DNA of 64,000 nt, taken from assembly GCF_006345805.1 (NCBI RefSeq), contig NC_043016.1:10416001-10480000 (forward strand). The letters are read 5' to 3'. Shown piece after piece: positions 27,524 to 41,526 of this stretch (the first letter of the stretch is position 1; each line of letters starts with the position of its first letter). Below the pieces are notes generated by a model that saw nothing but the letters and a program-made list of their open reading frames with translations, searched no databases and was not told the DNA's origin. Origin of the DNA: Octopus sinensis (taxonomy: Eukaryota). Both the position numbers and the translations under genes were made by a program.

Positions 27524-27909
27524 AAGATGGTGGTTTTTTTGTAATTTCCATCTACTAATCCAATCACAAGGCTTTAGTTGGCCCAGGAGTACTTCTAAAA
27601 GATACTTGCCCAAAGAGTCATGCAGTGGAACTGAACCTTAAGCCACATGATTGTGAAGCAAGCTTCTCGACTACGTAAATAAACCTGTGCTTATGGACCT
27701 TTCCTTTCTCCTCTTTCTGATGAAGAGCCATACTCAAAATGTTATGCATCCACTCCTTTTTCCATTTTATACTGAGCATCTACCTAATACACTCCATGAG
27801 TATGTTGTTTTGTTACTTGTTATTTTTGATTTTCAATTTGCCTATATATATATATATATACATACACACATACACACACATATATATAGATAAATATATA
27901 CATACATAT

Positions 27910-27943
<34 letters not shown>

Positions 27944-28008
27944 ATAGATATATATATATATATACACACACATACATACATACATATATATGTATGTATA
28001 TATAAATA

Positions 28009-28047
<39 letters not shown>

Positions 28048-28874
28048 AGGTAATTATTTGGACTTTGGGTATATATCTGGTTGCATGCTAATTAAAGCAC
28101 ATTCACCATTTAAGCTACCTGATGCCATCTGCAGTCGTGATGTAATTGTCACTGGATTTACCTGAGGAATTCTGTAGTGTTCATTGAGTTTATAATGAGT
28201 GAACTTCATTTTCCATTTCCCTCATTCATTATATATACACATACACACATACACCAAGTAAGTTTTATTTTAATAATTCTGATGTGCACTCTATGCAATC
28301 TTTTTACTCTTTCCTTTTTCTTTCTCTTATTCTTTTACCTCCTCTTCTCCCACTATTCTATCCTATTACTCTGTCACTCTCTCTCCCTCACTCCGCCTCC
28401 TTTGCTCACGTGGCTCACGTGACCATCGGCCATCTTTCTTTCTTTCTCTCTGTTGTAGCTGGAACAAGGAAGACATGTTCTTGTTTGTCTCCTGTCCAAG
28501 CTTGATTTACACATTTGCCACCACAACCTCATTTAGGCTTAGCAGCCCTTCTGGTTTGTTTTCACTGTCCTGTTTGTGTTACCAGTTTTGACACTCTACA
28601 AAATCCCAAATTTTATTTAATTTGCTTCGTGGGAGCAACTGCTTTATTGAAAGTGTATATTGTTGTTAAATGCTCGAAATACAAGACTAGAAAAACAACA
28701 TAGAAAGCGGAGGTTAAATGATGATGATGATGATGTATATGAGTAGCTAAAATATGAAGGCCCCTAGCCTGCCCCCTATATATGCTTGTATAGCCGGTCC
28801 AAAGATGGTGCACCCTTAAAAATGTTGCTCAGAGCAGATTGCTGCCTTTGAATCCCTTATAGCTATGTCACTGG

Positions 28875-29332
28875 TGTATGTATATATGCAATGTATAAGT
28901 GTGTGTGTGTATTTAAAAGTATGCTGTGTATATGTGTGAATGAACGTATATATGTATGTGTTTATGTATATGTATACATTGTGCATAAGTATGTGAATGA
29001 ATGCGTTTATGTGTGTGTGTGACCATGTGCATGTGAGTGTGTGTGTGTGTGAAAGTGTGAGTGCGTATGTGTGTGTGTGAGTGTATATGTGTGAATGTGC
29101 ATGTGAGTGTGTGTGTATGAGTGCGTGTGTGTGTGAGAGTGTGTATGTGTGTGTGCATGTGCGTTGCATGTGAGTGTGTGTGTGCATGTGTGTGCGTGTG
29201 TGTGTGTGTGAGTGCATGTGTGTGTGAGTGTGTACATGTGTGTGTGTGTGTGTGCATGTGTGAGTGAGTGAGTGAGTGAGTGTGTATGTGTGTGTGTGTA
29301 TGTGTGTGTGTGTATGTGTGTGTGTGTGTGTT
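28875..29332. repeat. (TG)n-rich microsatellite
   Basis: Directly visible. Confidence 0.9.
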
Positions 29333-29660
29333 TAAGATTAACAAACATCAAGCTTTGAAGAAGAAAAAATATATCAAGACACATTCATCAGATATTTTAT
29401 AAAAAAAAGAAGAAAAAAATGCAGAAACAAAAATAATAAAAACAAACAAAAAAAAAGGAAACAAAAAGCAACAACAACAACAGCAAAAACAAAAACAAAC
29501 AAAAACAACAATCTCAACAAAATGAAAATATTTCAACTAATTATATTTTAAGTGAGCATTGAAAGACCTCGGCTAATTAAATTTTTGGTTCTTTCAAAAT
29601 ATTTCATCATTTGATTTAAATGTTATTTCTTTGTTTGTCAATTCTCAAAAAAAAAAAATA

Positions 29661-29693
<33 letters not shown>

Positions 29694-30664
29694 GATGATA
29701 ATATTGTTGTTAATGATATTGTGACCAGGGTTTGATTTTGATTCCCTGCGGGGAAGTTCATAGTGATTGTCGAGGTGATGCTCCAGCAGGGCCACAATCA
29801 AAGGACTGAAGCAAGTAAAAGAATTCCAATGTTTACCTTATTTATATGTGTATTGTTATAACTGTTGTTGTTGTTGTTGCTGCAGCTGCTGCTGCTGCTG
29901 TTACTGTTGTTGTTCTTCTTCATCTTCTTCATCTTCTTCTTTCTTCATCTTCTTCTTTTTCTTCTTCTTCTTCTTACTGCTGCTGCTGTTGTTGTTGTTG
30001 TTGTTGTTGTTGTTGATAAGCCTCAAGACGAGTAAGGGTGATTAGGTGATGGTCTAGGGCTTTTAGGGGCGGGAGACCCCAGACCTTGGAAAAAAAGAAA
30101 AAACTTTGGTCGTCTTGTTGTAGTCGAGGGCTCTTCGTCGACGCCCGACACCCCTGTTAGGTGGCCCTCAAAGTCGCTGGAAATGGAGATCTCCAGGTCC
30201 AAATTCTTGAACTGCTGTTGTTGCTGGTGCTGGTGCTGTTGTTGTTGTTGCTGTTGCTGCTGTTGTTTAGTTCTCCCAAAACCATTCCTAACTTAGAACA
30301 TCTACAAAAAAAAAAAATGTCAATGCTACCTTTTTTTTAGGTCATGTCACCTCATAAGGGCCAGTTTCCTGGTTTCGTGGCATATATATTTCCCCGCCGA
30401 AGCATTATCCTTCGTTTCCAATGTTTTGTGTAAACATGTCTGGACATGGGAAAAAAATATTGTCTCACTTTTGAAACAGATGAGGACTTGCATCAGAATG
30501 GTCATTCAAGCCTTGACAAACTCTGTCTGACCCATGCAAGCATGGAAAAGTGGACGTTAAAACAATTATGAATGTAGCTTGGACTGCCTGATCCATTAAT
30601 TGTGCCAGGCAGGTTTTTTTTTTTTTTAAAGACAAGAAGATGCAATTTGAAGGAAATATCTAAG

Positions 30665-30860
30665 AGCTGGCACCTGTGCCGGTGGCACGTAAAAAGCACC
30701 CACTACACTCACGGAGTGGTTGGCGTTAGGAAGGGCATCCAGCTGTAGAAACACTGCCAGATCTGACTGGCCTGGTGCAGCCTTCGGGCTTCCCAGACCC
30801 CAGCTGAACCGTTCAACCCATACTAGCATGGAAAGCGGATGTTAAACGATGATGATGATT
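30665..30860 (+). mobile_element. RTE 3' tail fragment
   Basis: GAGTGGTTGGCGTTAGGAAGGGCATCCAGCTGTAGAAAC motif and (GAT)n end. Confidence 0.85.
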
Positions 30861-31689
30861 ATAGGAGATCAAATCTTCATGTTGTTGATTTCTGCAAAGT
30901 TATCTCTGAGTCTGGATTAACAGAGCAAGACCTGTGACCAGATGCTTTTCAGTTGCGACCATCTTCTCACCTTTTTCTGACATTAACTACATTAGTTAAC
31001 TCATGCATCTGCCCTTTGACATGGTATTGAATGTGACTTCAGTGATATTTGACTGCCATTTCTAGCAGATAAAATCATTACACTACCCTATGCTGGATCT
31101 CGATGTTGGATCACAGATCCTCAGGTGACATTCAACTTGAGCATTTTAATCTGCCCCAGAAATAGGTTCCAAGTCATTTGAGAGAATGTCAATGTAAGGC
31201 GGCAAGCTAGCAGAAACATTAGCATGCCGGCCGAAATGCTTAGCAATATTTTGCCTGTCATTACATTCTGAGTTCAAATTCCGCCAATGTCAACTTTGCC
31301 TTTCATCTTTTCAGGGTTGATAAATTAAGTACCAGTTGCATACTGAGGTCAATCTAGTCGACTTCCCCCACCACCTCCACCAAAATTTCGGGCCTTGTGC
31401 CCAGAGTAGAAAAGAATGTGATAGATTAGCTCCCTACCCAGGTGTATTATCCTTAATTCATTTCACTTGGTTTTATACCTCCACCATTTATTTGGTTGTG
31501 GAGGCATGTGGTTTAGAGGTTAGGGTGTTGGACTCGTGATCGTAAGATTGTGGTTTCGATTCCTGGACCGGGTGATACGTGTTCTTGAGCAAAACATTTC
31601 ATTTAACATTGCTCCAGTCCACTCAGCTGGCAAAAATGAGGAAACCTGTGATGGACTGGTATCCCGTCCAGGTGGGGAATATATACACC

Positions 31690-32390
31690 TGGATGAGGTG
31701 GAGAAGCTTGGGTCACACAGAGGAAATGACAAAAGAGCAAGACCTCTGGAGATATGCTGTGACTGAGAAGACCCAGCAAATAAAGTGATTTCACAGCTAT
31801 AACCTACACCAGTGTTACATAAGCAGCCAACTCAAAAAGTATCCTTGGGTTGTAAGGTGACATGCCATGCTTGAGGAGACCTATTGAGTCAAGTACATCA
31901 ACATCAAAATCAAATTAAATCACAATCAAATGGAAATTGTAGTTGTGGTCCTCATGCCAGTGGCATGTAAAAAGCACCATCTGAATGTGGTCGATGCCAG
32001 CCCCCCTCACCCTGACTGGCTTCTGTGCCCATGGCACATAAACATAAAAAGCACCATCCGAACACAGCCGATGCTAGCACTGCCGAGACTGGCTCCTGTG
32101 CCGGTGGCACGTAAAATGCACCATCCAATCATGGTTGATGCCAGCCCTCTCTGGCCCCTGTGCTGGTGGTATGTAAAAAGCACCCACTACGCTCTCAGAG
32201 TGGTTGGCATCAGGAAGGGCATCCAGCTGTAGAAACATTGCCAGATCAGACTGATGGCTGGTGCAACCTCCTGGCTTTCCAGATCCCAGTCGAAACTTCT
32301 CACCCATGCCAACATGGAAAGCAGACGTTAAACAATGATGATGGTGGTGGTGGTGGTGGTGGTGGTGAAGATGATGATGATGATGATGAT
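31690..32390 (+). mobile_element. RTE 3' fragment
   Basis: LGHTEEMTKEQDLWRYAVTEKTQQIK* followed by the UTR and tail. Confidence 0.85.
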
Positions 32391-32977
32391 GTTGAAAACG
32401 GGAAACAGCCCTTATTAGTCAACATGACTTGAGAAGGTAACCTTTTTTTTACGTTTATTTGGTTCTTGGGCGTTGCTAACAGAGACCACACTGTTTGAAA
32501 GTAATTTCCTTCCTTTCTTCCTTCCACACATCTTGGAGGCTGACTCCACTTTTGACCAACCAATACTAAATAAAATAATATAAATCAACTCAAAGAAAAG
32601 GTTATTCCAGCTCTATTCCACACCTGCTTAGCACACCTGTACACTTCACAACTGCAGTTCATATAATTGCACCTTCAAGCCACATCTATATTATTGTATT
32701 ATTTCTGCAGGAGATATCTACTTCCAGTTTGTGTTGTTATAATCAGAATGGTGTGGTACAGTGCACATTTTGGGGACCATGGCCCAATATCCTTCTTTGA
32801 AATTTAACTGGTGTTGGCTAGGTTCTGCATCCAAGCAACATCGCTAAAATAAGTAATATCCAATTGACTTTAGTACTTTCTCACTCAAACAAAATTTCTG
32901 GTCTTTTGCCAAAGCGAAAAATCAATAATGGTGTCAGATATTAATATTTTATTTACACACACACACAGACACACACA

Positions 32978-33032
<55 letters not shown>

Positions 33033-33511
33033 ACACCCACCACGCACACACAGCACACGGCACCACACACACTCACACACACATCCGCACACACACGCAC
33101 TCACACACACACACACACACACACTCACACACACTCAGACACACACACACTCACACACACACGCATCACACACACACTCGCACACACACACACCCACACA
33201 CACAGACGCATGAAGAAACAGTTGTAAATGCCAAATGCTTAAAACATTTTTGATAATAAAATGTTTGATATCAACGATGACTATCTTTTCTCTCTGAGAT
33301 TTCTACAGGATCAAAAAGCATTGCCAATATAATTCCTCTTTGTCTCTTTGCAATTCGTAAAAGAGAACACTTCAGATGAGACTTCAGTGTAGAGTTTGTT
33401 CGGCCAGCATGAAAGGGAAGGAAAATTCCTTTGAAATAAGGAGCAGGTAGGCAGGCAGGTAGGAAAATTAAAACGAGATCATATTCCATTGGACAGACAT
33501 TCGACTGAGTG

Positions 33512-33553
33512 ACTGCTGCTGCTGCTGCTACTGCTGTTGTTGTTGCTGTTGCT

Positions 33554-33605
<52 letters not shown>

Positions 33606-33633
33606 ATGATAATGATGATGGTGGTGGTGATGA

Positions 33634-33665
<32 letters not shown>

Positions 33666-33675
33666 ATGATGATGG

Positions 33676-33707
<32 letters not shown>

Positions 33708-34012
33708 GTGATGATAGTGATGATGACGATTATGATGATGATGATGGTGACGGTGGTGGTGGTGGTGGTGGTGGTGGTGATGATGATGATGATGTTGACG
33801 ATAGTGATGATGATGATTATGATGATGATGATGATGATGGTGACGGTGGTGGTGGTGGTGGTGGTGGTGGTGGTGGTGGTGGTGATGATGATGATTATGA
33901 TGATGATGATGGTGGTGGTGGTGGTGGTGATGATGATGGTGATGATTATGATGATGGTGATGATGATGATTATGATGATGATTATGATGGTGATGATGAT
34001 GAAGACGATGAC

Positions 34013-34074
<62 letters not shown>

Positions 34075-34100
34075 GATGATGTTGTAGTGGTGGTGGTGGG
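33512..34100. repeat. (GAT/GGT)n trinucleotide tract
   Basis: Directly visible. Confidence 0.95.
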
Positions 34101-34555
34101 TGTCGTTTAGGCCATCTGTCAGTAAACCTGATCCTGAAAATGTACTGACGGAATCGTTAACACATCGAGCAATAATTGCTTAACAGCATTTTTTCCAGCT
34201 TCTTCATGTCCTGAGTGCAAATTCCACCAAGGTCAACTTCGTTTTTCATCCTTTCAGAACCCTGGGGGTCGATTACATCGACAAGCTCTTTCCCTAAAGA
34301 TTTCAGGCCCTGTGCCTAAAATTAGAAAAAAAAAAACTATTAAAGAGCAGACAGGATCATTAATATGTCAGGCAAAATACTGAGCAGCATTCCTTCCAGC
34401 TTTATGTTCTGCACTCTTATTCCACTGAGGTTGACTTTGCCTTTCATCCTTTTGGGGGTCGATAAAATAATTACCAGTCATGCACTGGGGTTGATATAAT
34501 CAACTATCTCTCTCCCCCAAAATTTCAGCCTATGTTCCCAAAGTAGAAAGGATTA

Positions 34556-34972
34556 CTCTCTTTTTACTCTTTTACTCTTTTACTTGTTTCAGTCATTTGA
34601 CTGCGGCCATGCTGGAGCACCGCCTTTAATTGAGTAACTCGACCCCGGGACTTATTCTTTTGTAAGCCCAGTACTTATTCTATTGGTCTCTTTTGCCGAA
34701 CCGCTAAGTAACGGGGACATAAACACACCAGCATCAGTTGTCAAGCAATGCTAGGGGGACAAACACAGATACACAAACACACACACGCATATATATATAC
34801 ATATATACGACGGGCTTCTTTCAGTTTCCGTCTACCAAATCCACTCACAAGGCTTTGGTCGGCCCAAGGCTATAGTAGAAGACACTTGCCCAAGGTGCCA
34901 CGCAGTGGGACTGAACCCGGAACCATGTGGCTGGTTAGCAAGCTACTTACCACACAGCCACTTCTGCACCTA
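34556..34972 (-). mobile_element. Full-length CORE-like SINE, flanked by Meta-type SINEs at ~34150-34555 and 35058-35272
   Basis: Family motifs. Confidence 0.85.
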
Positions 34973-34976
34973 TTTA

Positions 34977-35015
<39 letters not shown>

Positions 35016-35019
35016 CATA

Positions 35020-35057
<38 letters not shown>

Positions 35058-36930
35058 TAAGGTGGTGAGCTGGCAGAATTGTTAGCATGCTGTCGAAATG
35101 CTTAGCGGCATTTTGTCTTACATTCTGAGATCAAATTTTGCCGAGGTCAACTTTGCCTTTCATCCTTTCAGGGTCAATAAAATAAGTACCAGTTGTATCC
35201 TGGGGTATGAAGTAATTCTTGTTGTCCCTTCCTTCAAAATTTCTGACTTTTTGCCAAAATTTGAAATTGTTATTAAAACCGTTCCAGCCATGGCCATACC
35301 ATTTTGTTGTATATTTAGTTTTGCATTTTCTAGTGTGACCTTGAATTGTCTTATGATAGCAAGACGTGATCTACGGTAAAATTGGCTGCTATTTCTTGAA
35401 GGTCAAGCAATTATGTTATGTCTTCCCACATGGGCTTAAAGATATTAATGCAAAGAAATTTGCTTCGCAACCACAGGGTTTAAAGTTCGATTCCACAGCA
35501 CCACACATTGGAGTAAAATGTGTTATATTGAATACATTTGTAGGGAGAGAAGGTGGGAAGAAGAGAAAGAAACCATTGAAAAGGATGTAAATAATATAGA
35601 TAAACAGATAGCTGAGGGTTTGAGAGAGGAAGCAAGAGATGGAGGGAGAGAGGAAGCAAGAGATGGAGGGAGAGAGAGAGAGAGAGAGAGAGTGAGGAAT
35701 AGAGGTATTATTAGTTTGGTTTAGCTAAGTTGTTGCTGTTGTTGTTACAGGGGAAGGTGTTGTTCTTGCTATTTTTTTTTGTTTTTTTTTTCTTATCATC
35801 ATTGTTTGTTTTACTTTCTTGTTCTGAAAAAAAAAATGGTCAACGCCTATGGCATTTGCAGGACTATTAAGAACAGAGAATTCGATGCTATTAATGGTCT
35901 GCTTAAACTGTTGCAACTTGAGACCTGCAAGGAGATATGTGCAAGTAAAGAATTCCGGAGGGAGGACATCCAAGGGAGGAAGGAATGGGAATAAGAGGGG
36001 ATACAGACAGTGGGTCAGCGATGGGGAGAACAGAGCGGGTGTTTTTATAGGTGTGTTAGGGGAGGGTAACAGATGAGGGTAGAGAATGTACGAGGTCTGA
36101 TCGATAAGTATCCAGACTGTTGCCATAGTAACGAAGCTAAAGTACGCAGAGTGAAGCCATTTGCCACAGATTGACTTTGAACTCTGCTGTGCATGCGCAC
36201 TAAGTTTTAACATTCTAGCTCACTTCTGCTGTTTACAGCAGTGCTTGGAAGGAAGGTGTGTAGTGTGTGATTGTTATATTGATCATGACAAAGAAAGTTG
36301 TCATGGCGATACCTGCTCAGAGGCATACTCAAAGTTTCAGAAAGTGTATGGAGAGGAGTGTATGAGCTGCACACAAGTGTACAAGAGGTTCAAACGTTTC
36401 CAAGCTGGCCAAAAATATGTTGATAGTGACGAACATTCTGGGAGACCCGCAACCAGCAGAACTGAGAAAAACATCATAGATGTGAGTGCAGTTGTGAGGG
36501 GAATCGTCGAATCACCAATGCAGATTAGTTATGGTTCAGTTCATTCCATTATCACTGAAGATTTGGGTATGAGATGCGTGTCTGCCAAGCTTGCGCCAAA
36601 ATTGTTTTCAGCTGACCAAAAAGACAGTCGGGGTTTCAATTGCACAAGATCTCCTTGATTGTGTCGAGAATGATGAAAACTTTTTGAAAACCTTGTGTAG
36701 GCCTCTGAGCAGGTGTCACCAAGCATTTGACAAAATTTGATGCAGATTCTCTGCTTGCGTTCTCTGTCATGGTCAATGTAATGATTACACGCTACACACG
36801 TTCCTTCCAGGCACTGCTGTAAACAGCTGAAGTGAGCTAGGATGTGAAAATTTAGTGCTCATGCACAGCAGAGTTCAAGGTCAATCTGTGCCAAGCAGCT
36901 TCATTGTGTGTGCTTTTGCTTTGTTACTAT

Positions 36931-37165
36931 ATATTTCTTTATTGCCCACAAGGGGCTAAACATAGAGGGGGACAAACAAGACAGACAAACAGATTAAGTC
37001 GATTACATCGACCCCAGTGCGAAACTGGTACTTTATTTATCGACCCCGAAAGGACGAAAGGCAAAGTCGACCTCAGCGGAATTTGAACTCAGAATGCAGC
37101 AGCGGACGAAATACCGCAAAGCATTTCGCCTGGCGTGCTAACGTTTCTGCCAGCTCACCGCCTTT
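36931..37165 (-). mobile_element. Full-length Meta-type SINE fused to the U6 copy
   Basis: Minus-strand head AAGGCGGTGAGCTGGCAGAAACG and tail AATAAAGAAATA. Confidence 0.9.
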
Positions 37166-37262
37166 AAAAAATATGGAACGCTTCACGAATTTGCATGTCA
37201 TCCTTGCGCAGGGACCATGCTAATCTTCTCTGTATCATTCCAATTTTAGAATATGTACCGCC
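37166..37262 (-). pseudogene. U6: U6 snRNA retro-pseudogene, missing ~11 nt at the 5' end
   Basis: Minus strand GGCGGTACATATTCTAAAATTGGAATGATACAGAGAAGATTAGCATGGTCCCTGCGCAAGGATGACATGCAAATTCGTGAAGCGTTCCATATTTTTT contains the ACAGAGA box, AGC triad and oligo-U end. Confidence 0.95.
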
Positions 37263-37446
37263 TTAGCTTTGTTACAATAGCAACAGTCCGGATACTTATT
37301 GATCAGATCTTGTGCAGTTAACAGAAAATATCAGACAGAAATTGGTCTGGAAGGAAGATTAGATTAGATTAGAAGATAATGAGGTGGGGTTGGGGGTGAA
37401 ATGCAAAGTGTTGGAGTGGTGAGGAAAGAGATGTATGGTACCAGAG

Positions 37447-37674
37447 CTGCGAGCTGGCAGAATCATTAGCATGCCGGGCAAAATGCATAGCAGTATTTCG
37501 TCTGCCATTACGTTCTGAGTTCAAATTCCGCCGAGGTCGACTTTGCCTTTCATCCTTTCGGGGTCGATTAATTAAGTACCAGTTACGCACTGGGGTCGAT
37601 GTAATTGACTTAATCCGTTTGTCTGTCCTTGTTTGTCCTCTCTGTGTTTAGCCCCTTGTGGGTAGTAAAGAAAT
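37447..37674 (+). mobile_element. Meta-type SINE with TSD
   Basis: Flanked by GGTACCAGAG direct repeats. Confidence 0.88.
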
Positions 37675-38002
37675 AGGTACCAGAGGGTGTCTACAGTGAG
37701 TTGGTGTGATGGCAACATTATGAGAGGGTTCTGAGGATGAAACAGGAAAGAATGGAATATGGTAGATGAGAGAGATTACTGAAGACAGAGGAATGAGGTG
37801 ATTGAGGAAATAGTGTTGGTGGGGAAGGGATTATAATGGGGAGGAGGTAACTAGTGGTGCAAAGTACTGCTCTAAAGTGATAGCGGATGCCAGGTGACGC
37901 CAGAGATAGTGTGACAGAGGTTGGGGGATAGGGGAATGAGATATGGGGAGGGAAGCTCAATGGGAGCAGAAGGGGTTACAAGCCTATACAGACTGCCTTT
38001 AA

Positions 38003-38223
38003 CCCTTTTGTTACCGTATTTCTGTTGAGATGCTCTGTGTTTCTTTCAATTAATTTTAAATATAACAAAGGATTTAGTAAAATAATTTAGTTATCATTAA
38101 CCTAGTGTTAAGAACATAAATTGTTACTTAGGTTTGGTGGAAGATTTTAATTCAAAACTTATGAAAACAAGACATTTGTACTCAGAGCCAAAGCCGGTTT
38201 CAGCCAGGTTGGTAACGAAAGGG
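38003..38223. mobile_element. piggyBac-type MITE
   Basis: TTAA|CCCTTTTGTTACC...GGTAACGAAAGGG|TTAA. Confidence 0.87.
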
Positions 38224-38269
38224 TTAAGACATAATTTTTGGTTGTGATGGATGGGTTTTCTTGAGTACA

Positions 38270-38705
38270 ACCAATCATCAATCACCTTGGTCTTATATCA
38301 TCTCCTCAGAGAGGCTCAACATCTTGAGATCAGCCTTCACTACTTAAACCCATGTTTCCCTGGGTCACCCTCTTCCACAAGTTCCATCCATTTTAAGCAA
38401 CCAGCACTTTATGCAGTTTTCCTCATCATACACATCACACGATCATACCAGCACAGTTTTCTCTCTTACATCCTACATCTGATTCCTCTTATTCTTTCAT
38501 TCTTCTACTTGTTTCAGACATTTGACTGTAGCCATGCTGGAGCACTGCCTTAAAGGGTTTTTAATTGAGCAAATAGATCCCAAGGCTTTTTTCTTAAAAG
38601 CCTAGTACTTATTTTATTGGTTTCTTTTGTTGAACACACCAACATTGGTTGTCAAACAGTGATGGGGAGGACAAACACAGACACACACACATACACACAC
38701 AAACG

Positions 38706-38746
<41 letters not shown>

Positions 38747-39501
38747 CATCATCATCATCTTTTAACGTCCGCTTTCCATGCTAGCATAGGTTGGACGGTT
38801 CAACTGGGGTCTGGGAAGCCCGAAGGCTGCACCAGGCCAGTCAGATCTGGCAGTGTTTCTACAGCTGGATGCCCTTCCTAATGCCAACCACTCTGTGAGT
38901 GTAGTGGGTGCTTTTTATGTGCCACCGAAACAGGTGCCAGACAAGGCTGGCGAATGGTCACGCTCAGATGGTGTTTTTTATGTGCCACTGACACAGGTGC
39001 CAGACGAGGCTGAATCATTTTACAAGTCATCTTTCCAAGCTATTTCACAGTATATATATATATATATATATACGACAGGCTTCTTTCAGTTTTCATCTAT
39101 CAAATCCACTCACAAGGATTTGGTCAGCCCAATATAATAGAAGACATTTGTCCAAGGTGCATCATGGTGGGACTGAACCCGGAACCATGTGGTTAGGAAA
39201 CAAGCTTCTTACCACATAGCTCAATTTTTCTCCCAATGTCTTTGCACTTTGTCAGACACGCACACTTTTATTGCACATTCTATGATGCATTCCAGCCTCA
39301 TTCCTCTCTAGTTTTTACTCCTCCTCAACGTTCAGGGTCCATGTCTCACTAACATGTATCATCGTTATTCATACATGGTTCCGGGTTCAGTCCCACTGCG
39401 TGGCATCTTGGGCAAGTGTCTTCTGCTATAGCCCCGGGCCGACCAAAGCCTTGTGAGTGGATTTGGTAGACGGAAACTGAAAGAAGCCTGTCGTATATAT
39501 G

Positions 39502-39532
<31 letters not shown>

Positions 39533-39990
39533 ATATGTTTGTGTGTCTTCCCCCTAGCATTGCTTGACAACCGATGCTGGTGTGTTTACGTCCCTGTCAC
39601 TTAGCGGTTCGGCAAAACAGACCGATAGAATAAGTACTGGGCTTACAAAGAATAAGTCCCGGGGGTCGATTTGCTCGACTAAAGGCGGTGCTCCAGCATG
39701 GCCGCAGTCAAATGACTGAAACAAGTAAAAGAGTAAAAGAGTATACAATTTGCCTTTCACTCTGAGGCAGAGTCCCATTGTTACCAATAGAGGTAACAGG
39801 TCTAGAAACTTTCTCCATCCAATTCTTTTTTTCTAGCAACTATACTTTCAGAGCATCCACCTCCTCTGCTAATTAGGTCTCCTAGGTAACAGAAGCTATC
39901 TTCTACATCAAGGAACCTCCTGGGCATTTGAGAAAATCTATTTCCTGTGTGTGTGTCCACAGTCTTTATTGCTCCAGATTCACATTTACT
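38270..39990 (-). mobile_element. Old RTE fragment broken by CORE-like SINEs (38490-39220 -, 39372-39742 +) and a younger RTE tail (38746-39012)
   Basis: Colinear RTE C-terminal pieces lie between recognisable SINE motifs. Confidence 0.7.
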
Positions 39991-40540
39991 GCAATATTAG
40001 TTTTTTCTTTCATTTTGTGCTTGATATAAAGAGAATTTATTTTTCATTATTTTGTTATTTTTACACCTAAAGATAAATCTATTTCTAATGTACAATAATG
40101 TATTTTTAAAATATGGCAACGGTATTTTACATTCCTTATTTTGGAATCTCATACTGCACACAAGAATTTTAAATATGTGCACATGATATATGTGTGGGTG
40201 GGTTCATGGGTGTATGTGTATGTGGGGGTGTATGTGTGTGGGGTGAGTGTATATGTGTGCGAGTATATGTGTGTGTGTGTGTGAGTGTATGTGCAAGTGT
40301 GTGAATGTATGTGTTTGTATGTATATCTATGTGTGTGCGTATGAGCATGTGTGAGTGTATATATGTTTATGTGTGTGTTCTTGTGTTTCATAAGCTCAAG
40401 GACATGTATGTGTGCATGTGTTAAGTACGTGTGTGTGTGTGTGTGTGTGGATGTTTTGGAAACTAATGTTACCCACACACGCACTCACACACACACACAC
40501 AATACAACATCCACCCACCCACCCACACACACACACACAC

Positions 40541-40581
<41 letters not shown>

Positions 40582-41034
40582 GACACACCCACGCATGCAC
40601 AAACACACACATGACTAAATTTTTCTCCCAGTCAATACCAAACCTACAGTGCCGGCTGTTGTGACAAATGGAGGTCAGATGGATCACGTATCAATAAGAA
40701 ATCAGCATCAGTTACATACGTCATTCAATCGCTCATCATTTGGTCTATTGATAGTGATGGGTGGGGGTGGGGGGATCAGTGTGGGAGCGAGGGTAATGGC
40801 AATGGTGGCGAAGGCAGGTCGTAGGAAGGTGGTGGAAGGTGATAGAGATATGGACAGGCAACCCATTGATTGATTGAAGCAAGTCCCAGAGAATCTGTAA
40901 CAAGACACTGGCCAGCTACATTCATGAGCTACAGCCAGCGTTACTTAATCTGCTGGAAATAATAGGCAGATCGCCCTCACTGTCTTAATAATAGGGAAAG
41001 ACACAAAACCCAAAACACAAAGCACATCATTAGA

Positions 41035-41405
41035 AAGGACAGACAAAGGTATTAAGTCAATTACATCGACCCCAGTGTGTAACTGGTACTTAATTTATCG
41101 ACCCCAAAAGAATGAAAGGCAAAGTCTACCTCAGTGGAATTTGAACTCAGAACGTAATGACAGACAAAATACTTATTTCTTTATTACCCACAAGGGGCTA
41201 AACATAGAGGGGACAAACAAGGACAGACATAGGTATTAAGTCGATTACATCGACCCCAGTGCGTAACTGATACTTAATCTATCGACCGCCAAAGAATGAA
41301 AGGCAAAGTCTACCTCATTGGAATTTGAACTCAGAACGTAATGACAGACAAAATACTGCTAAGCATTTCATCCGGCATGCTAACGATTCTGCCAGCTCGC
41401 CAACT
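41035..41405 (-). mobile_element. Meta-type SINE with a tandemly duplicated 3' part
   Basis: 41035-41172 repeats 41220-41357. Confidence 0.8.
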
Positions 41406-41526
41406 TCATTGCAGGAAGTGGGAATGAGAGCAGAAGAATCGAACTCATTCATTCACCAAAAGCCTTTGATTAAAGGAGGATACATAAAAATGTAGCAACA
41501 CCAGCTGGCAGTGCCCCAACATATAT

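Larger units (their letters stand above)
36089..37312 (+). mobile_element. Internally deleted mariner with long inverted arms
   Basis: TIR CGAGGTCTGATCGATAAGTATCC / GGATACTTATTGATCAGATC; peptides KVYGEECMSCTQVYKRFKRF, SGRPATSRT and EDLGMRCVSAKLAPK. Confidence 0.87.

Noticed and set aside
33509-34087. Poly-Asp/Gly and poly-Met/Val ORFs
   Set aside because: Translation of a trinucleotide microsatellite; no complex coding flanks.
37166-37262. Functional U6 gene
   Set aside because: The 5' stem is truncated, there are several substitutions, no upstream promoter is present, and it is embedded in a TSD-flanked insertion.
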